DNA of 64,000 nucleotides from Anthoceros angustus (lineage: Eukaryota > Plantae > Anthocerotophyta), in contig VJWM01000044.1 in the NCBI GenBank assembly GCA_010909165.1, positions 2,294,001 to 2,358,000 of the forward strand, given 5' to 3'. The position numbers and the translations under genes are program-made. The notes under the pieces are model-generated. The model was not told the DNA's origin and ran no database searches. It saw only the letters and a program-made list of their open reading frames with translations. This document shows, in pieces, positions 62,135 to 64,000 of this stretch; position 1 is the first letter of the stretch; each line of letters begins with the position of its first letter.

Positions 62135-63735
62135 TTTATTAAAAAAAGAGATAAAAACCCCATCTACCCCCAACACACACAAGGGGGATAATCCATTAAA
62201 GGGCCAAGGAGGACAACCCATTAAAGGGCTAGAGGAATTAACCCATTAAAGGGCCAGAGGAATAACCCATTAAAGGGCCAAGAGTCAGGGGCCAAGGGGG
62301 GATAACCCATTAAAGGGCCAATGGGGATAACCCATCAAAGGGCCAATGGGGATAACCCATTAAAGGGCCAATGGGGATAACCCATTAAAGGACCAATGGG
62401 GATAACCCATTAAAGGACCAATGGGGATAACCCATTAAAGGGCCAATGGGGATAACCCATTAAAGGGCCAATGGGGATAACCCATTAAAGGGCCAAGAGC
62501 CAAGGTGCAAGGGGGGATAACTCATTAAAGGGCCAAGAACTAGGGGGCTAGCCCCCCGAATGCTAGCCCCCACGAATGCCAACCCCCACGAATGCCAACC
62601 CCGAAGAGGGGGGATAACTCATTAAAGGGCCAGGAGCCAGGGGGGCTAGCTCAAACGAATGCAAACCCTGAAGCTACTTGACACCCCGATGATGTTGTGG
62701 TCTAAGATAAGAAAAGGCATATCTACAACTGGTGTCAATGACGCCACGTCTCCTGCGCTCGTTGCCGTCTGTAAATAGCGTTGGCCAATGCCCTCTACAA
62801 GGCGATGAATACCCGCTGTCGAAAGAAAGCCACCACCGAGGAAAGAGGGAGACCCACCCTGTTCCGACGATTGTGGCAGGCTTTAGCACAATCCTTAATG
62901 AGCTGGGAAAAATCCTTCCCCATAGCCCCGTGAGTCGCACTAGCCAGGGGGATGAACGTTGATTATGACCTGCTTGCAAATGGAGTTCCGGGTAGGGTCC
63001 GTTACGACGGCATCCGCAACATAGATTTGGTCCCACAATTAGAAATAGATTCACCCTGAGCGACATCCCATTGCACAGGGTATGTGAAGGCTCCCTATAT
63101 GGAAAATAACCGCTCTTCTTGGCCACTGAGAACATGATGTCGCGAACGGCGTCAGGCGTAGCGATACGGTGCCCTCCATTGGATTAAGAAACGAATGGTG
63201 AAGACGGGGGCAGAGAGGGCCCACCCCACAAGGAATGGGAGGGAGCCACCGTCCTGGTGAGGTAACCTAGCCGACACGCGAAGCAGGACAAAAGGATGCC
63301 AACATGGGCCAAGTCCTCCTTCAAAGCCTCATCCAAAAAACTCTATCTACAAGCCGGAAGTCCAACGGGGACCCCTTAGACGCAAATTCCTTGCGAAGGA
63401 ACAATCTCCTCCCCATGAAATTGAAGAGAGGGAGTAATGCTAGACAGGGACCAAACCTTGCACTTTAGAATATTGACCCTCAAACCATGGTTCAAAAAGC
63501 GTTCTCGACGTCCACCTACAAGGCGACCCAGTCTTGATGCAACTCTCGAACCGCGACGATACCAAACGTGGCCAACTCATAACCCCTCGAAACTAGTGGC
63601 AATCCTAAATTGGTGGGGGTAAAGATGATCCAAGGTCTGGAGAATTGCCACAAGAGCTTTCACCTTAGAAGCTGGCCAAGCTACGAGAGAAGGTGGCTTG
63701 GTACTATTGGAAGGAGGACATAATGTATCCCATGA
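62135..63735 (-). mobile_element. Degenerate CRE-like non-LTR retrotransposon (RT plus restriction-like endonuclease)
   Basis: HLYPHQF..GYELATFGIVAVRELHQDWVAL*VDVENAF, LRVNILKCKVWS, PSQGICV*GVPVG, FLDEALKEDL, GILLSCFACRLGYLTR, GGHRIATPDAVRD..REPSH, YVADAVVTDPTR; AATAAA at 62140-62135. Confidence 0.75.
62184..62635. repeat. 25-bp minisatellite (GGGGATAACCCATTAAAGGGCCAAT), 8 near-perfect copies at 62297-62495 plus degenerate flanks
   Basis: GATAACCCAT recurs at an exact 25-bp period from 62301 to 62476. Confidence 0.95.
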
Positions 63736-64000
63736 AGAGCTATTAATATCAGATATGACTTAATTAACTATGATTGTGTAAGGCCTACAAATAGCAGTAT
63801 GGTTTAAGGAAGTATATAAAAAACTTAATTCCTTTTTATCTATCAGATTTTAATCAGTAAAAGCTTCTCTTGCAATAAACTGCTTAATCAGTCTTACATT
63901 CCTCTTTTCCATTCTATTGTGGACTAGGTAATGAAGTTGGATCTTAATCAGAACAGGATTGTACCACGACAAGGAAGAAGATTCAAGATATAAATAAAAT

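Noticed and set aside
62297-62495. Regular 25-bp repeats as a CRISPR array
   Set aside because: Head-to-tail units with no unique spacers, no cas genes, and a eukaryotic context.

Overview
Gene-dense eukaryotic nuclear DNA from a seed-free land plant. It has short GT-AG introns (mostly ~60-150 bp) and flagellar genes; a hornwort-like genome is an inference, not shown. Apparently intact genes: a LIP1-type lipase, RSPH9, RRP6L2, a plastid-type GNAT, RopGDI, two convergent PADRE/DUF4228 paralogues, an EF-hand protein, REV1, PRA1.H, an LRRC46-like LRR protein, an intronless M32 (Taq-type) carboxypeptidase with a transit-peptide-like extension, and a secreted, C-terminally short polyphenol oxidase with unusual active-site residues. 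Broken genes: CHR10/CHD1L-like helicase, GT4 glycosyltransferase, dirigent-like protein (one in-frame TAG) and a PHD finger. Mobile DNA: a scrambled Copia relic and a degenerate CRE-like non-LTR retrotransposon with a 25-bp array in its 3' UTR. An AT-rich, CpG-poor block (about 8.5-12.6 kb) holds RSPH9 and a three-exon orphan gene that the ORF track shows only in pieces. All family assignments come from motif recognition by eye; no searches were run.
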